From a virus (taxonomy: Duplodnaviria > Heunggongvirae > Uroviricota > Caudoviricetes): 34,992 bases of DNA. A model generated the notes under the pieces. The model saw only the letters and a list, made by a program, of their open reading frames with translations, was not told where the DNA came from and searched no databases. Made by a program: the position numbers and the translations under genes. Location: IMG/VR virus record IMGVR_UViG_3300028888_000071, positions 86,638 through 121,629 of that record; one strand, written 5' to 3'. Every line of letters starts with the position of its first letter. Position 1 is the first letter of the stretch. This document shows positions 15,382 to 23,576 of the stretch, in pieces.

Positions 15382-15864
15382 TTATAGTTTTTCCATATAA
15401 AGCTTACCAGGTATGCGGTCGTCTAATGTCCATTTGGCATCTTTTCCGCGTAACACATAGATGTCATTAGTTGTCTCATCTATTGTTAGAAGAACTTGCC
15501 TGCTTTCTTTGCGTGTTCCTGTACCAAATATTCTAGACACTTCTACATTCCAGACCAGCCAATACATGCCATATCTGTTCGCAACAGTGACAAAGTCATC
15601 TATATTTTCTACATGTAATTCTCGACTATCATAGCAATCACCAAATTTTGATATTTCTTCACTAACCTTTGCGGGTTTTATGTATTTCTGTTTTTTTAGT
15701 GGATAGCCAGCTGTAAGACGTTTTTCTATAAGTTTAATCATATTTGGAGCCAGTATTGTCTTCATTCTTTTTGTCTGTTTCTCGATTTTAGCTAATTCTG
15801 CATTAGTCACTGGCTTGATCTGCATTCGTTCGGAAACAAACTGGTTAACATCTAATATCTTCAT
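15382..15864 (-). CDS. RPVTNAE-leader family protein 7
   Basis: MKILDVNQFVSERMQIKPVTNAE. Confidence 0.85.
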   Translation of the reverse strand: MKILDVNQFVSERMQIKPVTNAELAKIEKQTKRMKTILAPNMIKLIEKRLTAGYPLKKQKYIKPAKVSEEISKFGDCYDSRELHVENIDDFVTVANRYGMYWLVWNVEVSRIFGTGTRKESRQVLLTIDETTNDIYVLRGKDAKWTLDDRIPGKLYMEKL

Positions 15865-15872
15865 AGTTTTGT

Positions 15873-16739
15873 TTATGTTGTATAGAAATATGAAACTGAA
15901 TGTCTCATCTGACTTATCTCTTCTTTTATCTCTTGCATTTCAGTGTCACCCCACTGCGCGTACATGTCATAGTTGATTGTCACGTTCCCTGGCAGGTTGT
16001 ATTGGAACATGCCAAGAATCCTTGACATGTGTTTCATGCACAATGCTACACAGTATCTGAAAAACAAGTCATCATCAAACAAGTCACAGTCCGGAATAGT
16101 GCAGAGTGTCTGGAACACACAAGAGAATTTTGGAAGTTCACCAGTGAATCTCAGTTTCTTCGTAAGACGGTTGTATTTGAAGCCGTGCATCTCTTGCAGA
16201 AGCTGTCTCGCTTCATCGAAGAAATACCAGTTGCATGTCCAGTAAAGAAGGTTGTCTGCTGCTTGCGGGAGCCTGTCATTGTACATTGAACTTGCGAACA
16301 TTCTCTGGACGCCAAAATCCAGATTGCCGCCGTCAAGTCTTGTCGAACTCCCCCAGCCAGCTTCGCCACTGAATCTTCCAAGCTGGTACACTCTCAACAC
16401 AGAAAACACATTGTCCGGCATGACGATGACGCCTCTGTCTTTCTGTGTCTCTGACTTCTTTATCTTGTTGCCGTCCATCCCGTCTCTATTTGTCAGCCCA
16501 AGTCTAAAGCTGTCGTCTCTGAACACCTCCCACGGACATGTCAGGTACAGTTCTTCGACTGCGTCATCATAAGCATTGTAGAAATATCTTTTTGCTTCAC
16601 CGACTATCTGAGCAATAGCAGCAGTCGGAAGCGAAAACGGAATCTGGCAGTTCAGCGTCATCTGCTTGTTTATCCTGTCTGTCAATGCCGCTAAACATTC
16701 TTGAGACTCCGTGTCTTTGCAGTCAACATAATAGCTCAT
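15873..16739 (-). CDS. gp13: Neck protein, T4 gp13-like
   Basis: C-terminal LFFRYCVALC...LGMFQYNLPGNVTINYDMY.QWG..E.QEIKEEI matches gp13 pattern. Confidence 0.85.
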   Translation of the reverse strand: MSYYVDCKDTESQECLAALTDRINKQMTLNCQIPFSLPTAAIAQIVGEAKRYFYNAYDDAVEELYLTCPWEVFRDDSFRLGLTNRDGMDGNKIKKSETQKDRGVIVMPDNVFSVLRVYQLGRFSGEAGWGSSTRLDGGNLDFGVQRMFASSMYNDRLPQAADNLLYWTCNWYFFDEARQLLQEMHGFKYNRLTKKLRFTGELPKFSCVFQTLCTIPDCDLFDDDLFFRYCVALCMKHMSRILGMFQYNLPGNVTINYDMYAQWGDTEMQEIKEEISQMRHSVSYFYTT

Positions 16740-16749
16740 ATTATATCGT

Positions 16750-18162
16750 TTATTCTATAGGGTCTGTGACCAGATAAGAAGTGTTCGGGTCAATAGAAAC
16801 CATGCTTCCAATCTGGCTTAGAAATGAATTTGCTAACACTACATTCTGTGTGTCGCCATTCACTTGCTTCACTTTGAATATCACGTTCTTGTACATAGTG
16901 TCGTTGAAATCAACATTAGCCTGCACCAGATAACTTCTAGTGACATTGTCAGGCTCTATCAATGTGCCTATCACTTGACGAGTGATTGTGTTGTTAGACA
17001 TCATAAATGAAACTTGTTTTGACTCCTCATTGTAGAAAGCGCTCTTCGTCTCGATGACATTGATGTCATCATTGATGTTGAACAAGACTTCTGTGGCGAT
17101 GTTCATGTCACCGAACATAACATGTGCAGACTCAGTGTGTCCAATCACTGAAGCATTGTTGTTTATGTACTTGAATCTCTTCAAGAAGTCAAAGATATAG
17201 TCAATGGGCGGCACTTCAGAAACAGAAGTGATTCCCTTGACGCCAGGAGAAGCATTCACTTCTATGATATAGTTCTCGCCAGTGTTCTTGTCGATTATCA
17301 TGTCCACTCCACACCACTTGCATTTCACAGCAGCTGCAGTGTCTATGGCGAGTTTCTTCTGGTCTTCAGTCAACTCAAAAGACTCAATCGTGCCTCCAAG
17401 ACTGAAGTTGGTCCTGAAGTCCCCGTCAATCTTGTTTCTTCTCATCACGCCGATGATTTCAAAGTTCTCTTTGCTGTTTGACTGTCTCGCATATGACTTG
17501 TTGAACACATGAATGCGCAAGTCATAGTCAGACTCAATCTTGTTCTGCATCAATATCTCTGCGTTCGGAACAAGTTTGAACAATGTCTCAAGCGTTGACT
17601 TCAGAGACATGTAAGAGTCTATGATGAACACGCCGATTCCCTTCTTGCCGTCAAGAAGCTTGCAGACGATAGGGAATGCGTTGCCAATCACGTTCACTTT
17701 CTTCTGCAGTCTGTCCATGTCATCTGCAGTGATGACTGTAGTCTTCGGCGTGGGTATGTTCTCTGCAGAAAGCACTTTGTATGTAGTGTACTTGTTCTCG
17801 CAGTTCTCGTAACTTTCTAATGTGTTGATTACGAAAAAGCCGCGGTTCTCAAACTCTTTCAAGAAGTTCTTTGTGCGAGAATTCTTCAGAATCGTAAGTC
17901 TCGGCAGCACAATCGTGTTGTTCGTGCTGATGTCAAACGAAGTGTCTCCACTAATGACTATATAGTTATGATCATCTTTACGATTCAATACTGCGATCTC
18001 AGGGTCAGCATACAAAAATGTTATTCCAGTCTCAGCACATTTCTCCTGAAGCATTTTGCAAAATGTAGAATTCGTTATTGAACTAAGATAAAGCAGTTTC
18101 ACTTTGTCAGTCTTCTTTGACTCAGTCAAAAACGTTCCATATACTTTATTGAATGATTTCAT
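16750..18162 (-). CDS. rimK: RimK-like ATP-grasp ligase fused to degenerate retropepsin-like domain
   Basis: NKYTTY..L....IPTPKT, PIVCKLLDGKKGIGV, MQNKI..DYDLRI, FRTNFSLGG, CGVD, IEVNASPG. Confidence 0.88.
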   Translation of the reverse strand: MKSFNKVYGTFLTESKKTDKVKLLYLSSITNSTFCKMLQEKCAETGITFLYADPEIAVLNRKDDHNYIVISGDTSFDISTNNTIVLPRLTILKNSRTKNFLKEFENRGFFVINTLESYENCENKYTTYKVLSAENIPTPKTTVITADDMDRLQKKVNVIGNAFPIVCKLLDGKKGIGVFIIDSYMSLKSTLETLFKLVPNAEILMQNKIESDYDLRIHVFNKSYARQSNSKENFEIIGVMRRNKIDGDFRTNFSLGGTIESFELTEDQKKLAIDTAAAVKCKWCGVDMIIDKNTGENYIIEVNASPGVKGITSVSEVPPIDYIFDFLKRFKYINNNASVIGHTESAHVMFGDMNIATEVLFNINDDINVIETKSAFYNEESKQVSFMMSNNTITRQVIGTLIEPDNVTRSYLVQANVDFNDTMYKNVIFKVKQVNGDTQNVVLANSFLSQIGSMVSIDPNTSYLVTDPIE

Positions 18163-18182
18163 AATTGCCTAATATATCATTT

Positions 18183-18220
18183 TATTTATAAACAAACAGG
18201 ACGCCCTTTAGAGCGTCCTG
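18183..18220 (-). promoter_or_regulatory. Terminator hairpin (18197-18220) followed by late promoter TATAAATA (18183-18190)
   Basis: CAGGACGC...GCGTCCTG stem; octamer upstream of rimK start. Confidence 0.7.
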
Positions 18221-18251
18221 CAAACAAAAAAATTACAATCATGACAGGCTT

Positions 18252-18872
18252 CTACGCCTTAGTTTCTTTTTCCAATACTTTCCAGTATTTCTTATGTATT
18301 GCTGTTCCATCAACATCACCCCATTTGCACGGCTTTATCCATTCCCAGCCATCGACATCAACAATAAGTTCATCAACAATATGTGGCCATTTCTTGCAAG
18401 CTTGCTGGAACACTTTATTGTATGCGTCTTTTCTCCGTTGGCAATATCTCTTGTAGAACTTAGTCTTCATCACTTTAGCACGCAAACCTCTCTCAACAGG
18501 ATTGCCATCTTTGTCAGAAAACCGTTCATGAATGAGCTGTCCTAATCTTTCTGTGTCTTTTTCTCTCATCATTTCTCTTGTCCATCCACTGTCGATTCTC
18601 CAATAGACAAAATCCCAGAATTTTTCTTGCAAGTTAGCAATCCATTCTTTCTTTGATGTATGATATGGCGGACGCATATACTTGTTTGGACCAGAAAGCA
18701 GTTGAGTGAGACTTCCATCCCACCAGCAAAGATATTCATCTCTATAAGTGCCCCATTTCTCTTTGCCGCAGACACGCATCTTGTTTTTTCTAAGTTCGTT
18801 CTCAATCCAAGAAATGGCTTCATACAAGTCATTCCCGTTTTTCTTGAACCATTCGTCACCCCAGCAATGCAT
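18252..18872 (-). CDS. Hypothetical protein (Trp/Lys-rich)
   Basis: 206-aa ORF in minus-strand operon. Confidence 0.75.
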   Translation of the reverse strand: MHCWGDEWFKKNGNDLYEAISWIENELRKNKMRVCGKEKWGTYRDEYLCWWDGSLTQLLSGPNKYMRPPYHTSKKEWIANLQEKFWDFVYWRIDSGWTREMMREKDTERLGQLIHERFSDKDGNPVERGLRAKVMKTKFYKRYCQRRKDAYNKVFQQACKKWPHIVDELIVDVDGWEWIKPCKWGDVDGTAIHKKYWKVLEKETKA

Positions 18873-18885
18873 AACACTTTATATT

Positions 18886-19404
18886 TTAAGTATGATTATA
18901 TTTTCCAAACACTGCTACATCTTCAGTCTCATTTATATGTTCGAATGGTGAATAACAATCATCTTGTCTTAATGCTTTTTGATATTCTTCATATGTCATC
19001 CAATAACCATCATACAATTTGTCTATTGGCCGTATGCCTTCAAACCCTTTGCGTTCCATATCAGCAATAACTTCTCTTCTATATGCAACATACGCATCAC
19101 ATTCCGGACCTTTGTTTTTCTCTGCATACAATTTGATAGACTCTTTCTCATTCTTGATATTCTTATCAAAAATCGTTCTGTTCTTTTCTTCTACTTCATT
19201 GGCGTCCATCAAAGCAAAGCTCCAATAATATTGCTCAGACCAGAAATTGCCCCACGTCTCTTTGAACTCAGAACTGTCAGGCGAACGCTTAGCATACATT
19301 TTTCCAGCTTTCCAATCCAAGAAGTTTGACTTCTTGACTATAGAAAGCGAATGCTCACTTGAACTGTTAGTCTCAAAAACTCCTTTTCTTATTTGTATTT
19401 TCAT
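18886..19404 (-). CDS. FETNSS-leader family protein B
   Basis: MKIQIRKGVFETNSSSEHSLSIV. Confidence 0.85.
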   Translation of the reverse strand: MKIQIRKGVFETNSSSEHSLSIVKKSNFLDWKAGKMYAKRSPDSSEFKETWGNFWSEQYYWSFALMDANEVEEKNRTIFDKNIKNEKESIKLYAEKNKGPECDAYVAYRREVIADMERKGFEGIRPIDKLYDGYWMTYEEYQKALRQDDCYSPFEHINETEDVAVFGKYNHT

Positions 19405-19421
19405 ACTACTTTGTAATTTGT

Positions 19422-19775
19422 CTAACTCCTATCTCCCCAAAGAGATATTGCTGTCCATTTGTTGTCAGGAGTAGTCTCCCACAGAGTCTCATAATAATTG
19501 TCATCGCAAAATTCTTCGAATTCATCCATAGTCAATGCACATAGATACTTCTTTCTGAACTCGTCTTTACTTTGATACCAGGGTATTTCATGAGTTTTTT
19601 GATAATCCTCCCATTGTTTATCAACTTCTTCTTTGGTGACTATCTCAAGACTATAACCATTAATATAAAGTTCTTCTTTGTCAAGAAGATCTGATTGCTC
19701 TTTAGAAATGATGCTCAATGAATGCGTAGAGCTAGAATTAGTCTCAAAAACGCCTTGCCTGATTTGAACTTTCAT
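19422..19775 (-). CDS. FETNSS-leader family protein C
   Basis: MKVQIRQGVFETNSSSTHSLSII. Confidence 0.85.
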   Translation of the reverse strand: MKVQIRQGVFETNSSSTHSLSIISKEQSDLLDKEELYINGYSLEIVTKEEVDKQWEDYQKTHEIPWYQSKDEFRKKYLCALTMDEFEEFCDDNYYETLWETTPDNKWTAISLWGDRS

Positions 19776-19790
19776 AATTTTATTTTTTAC

Positions 19791-19858
19791 TTACAACAAT
19801 AATATAATAAAAATTTGTCAGATTTTACAACAATAATATAATAAAAATCGTCAGATTT
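19791..19858. repeat. Tandem ~34-bp duplication containing early-type promoter (minus TTGTAA-N18-TATATT, 19830-19801)
   Basis: TTACAACAATAATATAATAAAAAT(TT/C)GTCAGATT twice. Confidence 0.85.
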
Positions 19859-19887
19859 TTGTTATATCAAATAAAATAATTGTAATT

Positions 19888-20448
19888 ATGGAAAAAGGAC
19901 ATATAACCGTTATTTGGTGCGATTGGGGAGACCATGACACCGCAACTCTGCAAAAAATCTGGCAAGATGCTACCAACATCGATGTCATTCACATCACACA
20001 GTGGAATGATGTGATGGAGACTTGTGTGAGCCTTGCATTAGAAAGAGAAGATGACACTCTTCTTCTATGCGGGCACGGCACAAAATACGGCCTGCTTGCT
20101 CCGGACACATATTCAGAATATGTAGTCCACGACTTCAACTCAAGCAAGATTCATGCTCGGAAAGTGATTGGACTATTCTGCCATGCAAGCAGCTTTGCAG
20201 AACGCAACGACTTGCACGGACTGTTCTCTTCAATGTTCATATCAAACATAAATGAAGCAGTTGACTATGGCGTGAACTCAGCAGGGAACGAGATAGATTT
20301 CTGCAACGACATGGTTTTTGATGAAGTCACAAAGGTGCTGCAAGGCACAGCTACATTAGACGAATGCTGCTCTAACATCAGGGCATTAGGTCGTATAGTC
20401 AACCACCAAGTGATGGAGTTCAATGCCAGTGGGATAATGCTTTTATAA
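19888..20448 (+). CDS. Hypothetical protein, possible clan CD (caspase/gingipain-like) cysteine peptidase
   Basis: LLLCGHG (His63) and VIGLFC (Cys98) after hydrophobic strands. Confidence 0.5.
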   Translation: MEKGHITVIWCDWGDHDTATLQKIWQDATNIDVIHITQWNDVMETCVSLALEREDDTLLLCGHGTKYGLLAPDTYSEYVVHDFNSSKIHARKVIGLFCHASSFAERNDLHGLFSSMFISNINEAVDYGVNSAGNEIDFCNDMVFDEVTKVLQGTATLDECCSNIRALGRIVNHQVMEFNASGIMLL

Positions 20449-20522
20449 ATTTATTGTTCGTTTTTATTATTTTAAAAAATAAGACTGTTACATAAAACCC
20501 AACATATTAAAGGTGAATAGTT

Positions 20523-20783
20523 ATGCTAAGATGCAGATTCTATGTCGGTATAAAGGAAACCGGTGATGACTACAGGCCAATGATTTGGCCAATCAAATAT
20601 CCATATTGGTGCACTGGTGAAAATGAAACAAGCTTCTGCCTTGTCGCTTATGTAGATTCAGTTGAAGACCTTATGAAACAATGGCCGGAAGCTCATGACA
20701 TTGAAGAAGAGGAAGTCGAGAAAATAGAGTTCACAGAAAGATTCAGAAAGCCTGACTGGTATGTCGAGAACGATTATGTCTGA
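20523..20783 (+). CDS. Conserved small phage protein
   Basis: DYRP..WPI.YPYWCTG...WPEA...FTERF.KPDW motif recalled from other phages. Confidence 0.75.
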   Translation: MLRCRFYVGIKETGDDYRPMIWPIKYPYWCTGENETSFCLVAYVDSVEDLMKQWPEAHDIEEEEVEKIEFTERFRKPDWYVENDYV

Positions 20784-20846
20784 CACAATACATCGAGGCG
20801 TTGTTCAACCAACTTATGGTTGTACTATATTATAATTCCAAATGAT

Positions 20847-22826
20847 ATGAAAGAAAAGACAATAGAAGAAAAATACAAAACATTATCAGAAGTAGAACAT
20901 GTACTGTTAAGACCTGGAACATATGTTGGTTCCACAGTGCTTTGTGAGCCGACAAAAGAACTCATATACGACAACGAAGAAAAGAAATTTGTAGAGAAAG
21001 ACGTGCAGTATGTGCCAGCACTACTCAAGATATTTGATGAAATCTTCAGCAACTCAATTGATGAGTCAAAGCGAAACAAGAAACTTGACACAATCAAGAT
21101 AACGATTGACCAAGTCAATGGCTTCATCAGTGTCTTCGACAATGGCGGCATTCCTGTTGTGATGCACAAAGATACCAAGATGTGGGTGCCAGAAATGGTA
21201 TTTTCCAGCATGAGGTCAGGGTCAAACTTCGATGACTCTGAAGAAAGAGACTGGGTGGGAACAAACGGACTTGGCTCTACACTCACTAACATATTCTCTA
21301 AAAAGTTCACTGTCCGCACTGCTGATGGCAAGAATGAGTTTGTGCAGACTTTCGAGAACAACATGTCAGCCAAGTCAAAGCCCAAGCTAAAACCAAGTGG
21401 AAAGAAGTTCACTGAAATCACATTTGAGCCTGACCTGTCAAGATTCGGTATAGAATCTATTGATGACAACCACCTTGACATGTTCGTCAAACGAATAATG
21501 ACAGCAGCTGCGACTAACCCAAACCTCACCATATCCATAAATGGGAAGAAACTCAACTTCAAGACTTTTGAGTCTTACTGCAGACTGTTCACTGATGACT
21601 TGATATTCGAGAAAGGCAAGGGCTGGGAAGTCGGTTTCGCGCCGTCATCTTCGTTCCGCCATATTTCAATCGTCAACTCAGCAGAAACAAAAGACGGCGG
21701 CACACATGTCAACTATATCACTGACCAAGTAGTCACTTATCTTCGTGAACTGATAAAGAAGAAACATAAAGTCGATCTGAAACCAGGTGACATCCGCAAC
21801 CATTTGTTCGTGTTCATCTCTTGCTCGATACAGAATCCTGCGTACAGTTCACAGACAAAAGAGAAACTGATAACTGACCCTAAGAACTTCGGCACATCTC
21901 ACACGATAACTCCAAAAACACTTAAGGCGATATTCAATTCTGAGATAACAGCAAGCATTCTTGACTGGGTTAACCGCAAGAATGAAGCTGATGAGAAAGC
22001 AGCTGTCCGCAACGCAAACAAGCAGCTTGCCAAAGTCAAGATTAATAAACTGATTGACGCAAAGGGAAAGGACAGGAGAAAATGCACTCTGATGCTGTGT
22101 GAGGGAGACTCCCCAATGGCAGGCTTCAGAAAATACAGGAACCCCGAAACCCAGGGTGCCTTCCCGCTGAGAGGAAAGTCACTGAACGTGAGAGAAGTGC
22201 CGAACTCGAAAGCTATACAGAACCAAGAAATCAAAAGTATCGTCGGCGCACTTGGACTGCAGTTCGGCAAAAGCCCGTTCGTCTACGACAAGAACGGCAA
22301 ACTCATTGAAGACAACTTGCGGTATGGCGAGATACATATATACTCAGATGCTGATATCGACGGCATATCCTGCGCGAGCCTGCTTGTCAACATATTCGAG
22401 AAATGGTGGCCCGAGCTGTTCAAAGAACATCGTATCGCAAGATGCGAGACTCCCGTGATTATCGCACGCCACAAGAAGTCGGGCAAAGTGCTGAACTTCT
22501 ACTATGATGACGAATGGGAAGACTGGCAGAAGAAAAACAATGTTGACCAGTATGATGTTGACTACAAGAAAGGACTTGCTGCATTGACTGATGAAGAGTA
22601 TGAGGAAATCATCCGCAACCCGAGACTTTATTATTACGACATCACAGACAACTCAAACGAGAAACTTAACATCTGGTTTGGAAATGACTCATCACTCAGA
22701 AAAGAAGAACTGATGAAGCCCGATGTGCCACAACGAATTTATTCTGACACAGCAAAGCCTGTGAAGAAAGAAAAAGAGCAAGTTGTGGAAAAACCAAAAA
22801 AGAAGAAAACTGCTTCGCTTTTCTAA
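20847..22826 (+). CDS. gp39: DNA topoisomerase II large subunit (ATPase + TOPRIM; T4 gp39+gp60 equivalent)
   Basis: EHVLLRPGTYVGS, EIFSNSIDE, GTNGLGSTL, CEGDS, PLRGK, DADIDG; start at second Met 20847. Confidence 0.95.
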   Translation: MKEKTIEEKYKTLSEVEHVLLRPGTYVGSTVLCEPTKELIYDNEEKKFVEKDVQYVPALLKIFDEIFSNSIDESKRNKKLDTIKITIDQVNGFISVFDNGGIPVVMHKDTKMWVPEMVFSSMRSGSNFDDSEERDWVGTNGLGSTLTNIFSKKFTVRTADGKNEFVQTFENNMSAKSKPKLKPSGKKFTEITFEPDLSRFGIESIDDNHLDMFVKRIMTAAATNPNLTISINGKKLNFKTFESYCRLFTDDLIFEKGKGWEVGFAPSSSFRHISIVNSAETKDGGTHVNYITDQVVTYLRELIKKKHKVDLKPGDIRNHLFVFISCSIQNPAYSSQTKEKLITDPKNFGTSHTITPKTLKAIFNSEITASILDWVNRKNEADEKAAVRNANKQLAKVKINKLIDAKGKDRRKCTLMLCEGDSPMAGFRKYRNPETQGAFPLRGKSLNVREVPNSKAIQNQEIKSIVGALGLQFGKSPFVYDKNGKLIEDNLRYGEIHIYSDADIDGISCASLLVNIFEKWWPELFKEHRIARCETPVIIARHKKSGKVLNFYYDDEWEDWQKKNNVDQYDVDYKKGLAALTDEEYEEIIRNPRLYYYDITDNSNEKLNIWFGNDSSLRKEELMKPDVPQRIYSDTAKPVKKEKEQVVEKPKKKKTASLF

Positions 22827-22827
22827 C

Positions 22828-23460
22828 ATGAACCCGTTCAGAACGCTTGGCCTCAAAGACAACGCATCCATAGAAGAAACAAAAAAGAGATTCAGGAAGC
22901 TTTCTATGAAGATGCACCCTGACAAGGGAGGTGATGAGGCTGAATACGCCAAGCTGCTTGATGCTTACAAACTTATACTTGATGGCTACAAAATAGTCAT
23001 TCCGGTTTATGTCCCCAAGCCAAAGCCGAACAACACTGTGACTCCTGTCGATGTGTTCATAACACTTGAGGAAGGGATGTGCGGCTGTGAAAGAAACATT
23101 TCACTTAGATCGGAAACTGTCAAAGTGGACATTCCAAAAGGGATGTTGCCTATGCAGTCAGTCAACTATGAGGGAATGGGTGAGAAAAACCAAGACGGCG
23201 TCAGAGGAATGTTGTGCGTCACAGTGAAGTTCATAATGCCGGAAGGATTCACATTTGAAAGATACTTGACAGAAACAGTATTGGTCTACAGTGTCAAGTT
23301 GAAAACCATTCCGAAGACAATATCTATCACATTGTGCGGAAAGACAAAGAAAATAAAAATGCCGTCGAAGTTGTATGACGGCATGTTCCTTAAAGTTAAA
23401 GATTTTGGTTACTGCAACGGAGGCGTGAAACATCCGCTGTATGTGAGAGTCTGCTTATAG
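22828..23460 (+). CDS. dnaJ: DnaJ-type co-chaperone (J domain + C-terminal substrate-binding domain, no Zn finger)
   Basis: NPFRTLGL...MHPDKGGD; ITLEE..GC, VKVDIPKG, GMG....G..G.L.V. Confidence 0.88.
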   Translation: MNPFRTLGLKDNASIEETKKRFRKLSMKMHPDKGGDEAEYAKLLDAYKLILDGYKIVIPVYVPKPKPNNTVTPVDVFITLEEGMCGCERNISLRSETVKVDIPKGMLPMQSVNYEGMGEKNQDGVRGMLCVTVKFIMPEGFTFERYLTETVLVYSVKLKTIPKTISITLCGKTKKIKMPSKLYDGMFLKVKDFGYCNGGVKHPLYVRVCL

Positions 23461-23506
23461 TTCTGCTTCATTGCATTAACCGTGCTTATAAACAATTTTC
23501 ATGTTA

Positions 23507-23536
23507 TTGTAAATTTCCAAAAAGTTTTGTTATATT
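23507..23536 (+). promoter_or_regulatory. Early-type promoter TTGTAA-N18-TATATT
   Basis: Shares AAAAGTTTTGTTATATTCAATT with 24190-24223. Confidence 0.7.
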
Positions 23537-23576
23537 CAATTTGTTAACATAAAAAATAACTTTAAATTTATTACCT

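Noticed and set aside
20847-22826. Intein, intron or gp39/gp60-style split in the topoisomerase gene
   Set aside because: Continuous ORF of expected size with all motifs in order; no insertion evident
20825-22952. Long antisense or alternate-frame ORFs (e.g. 20825..21562, 12991..13680, 29726..30388, 7658..8014, 7689..8108)
   Set aside because: Shadows of well-supported genes or of repeats; no motifs, promoters or independent signals
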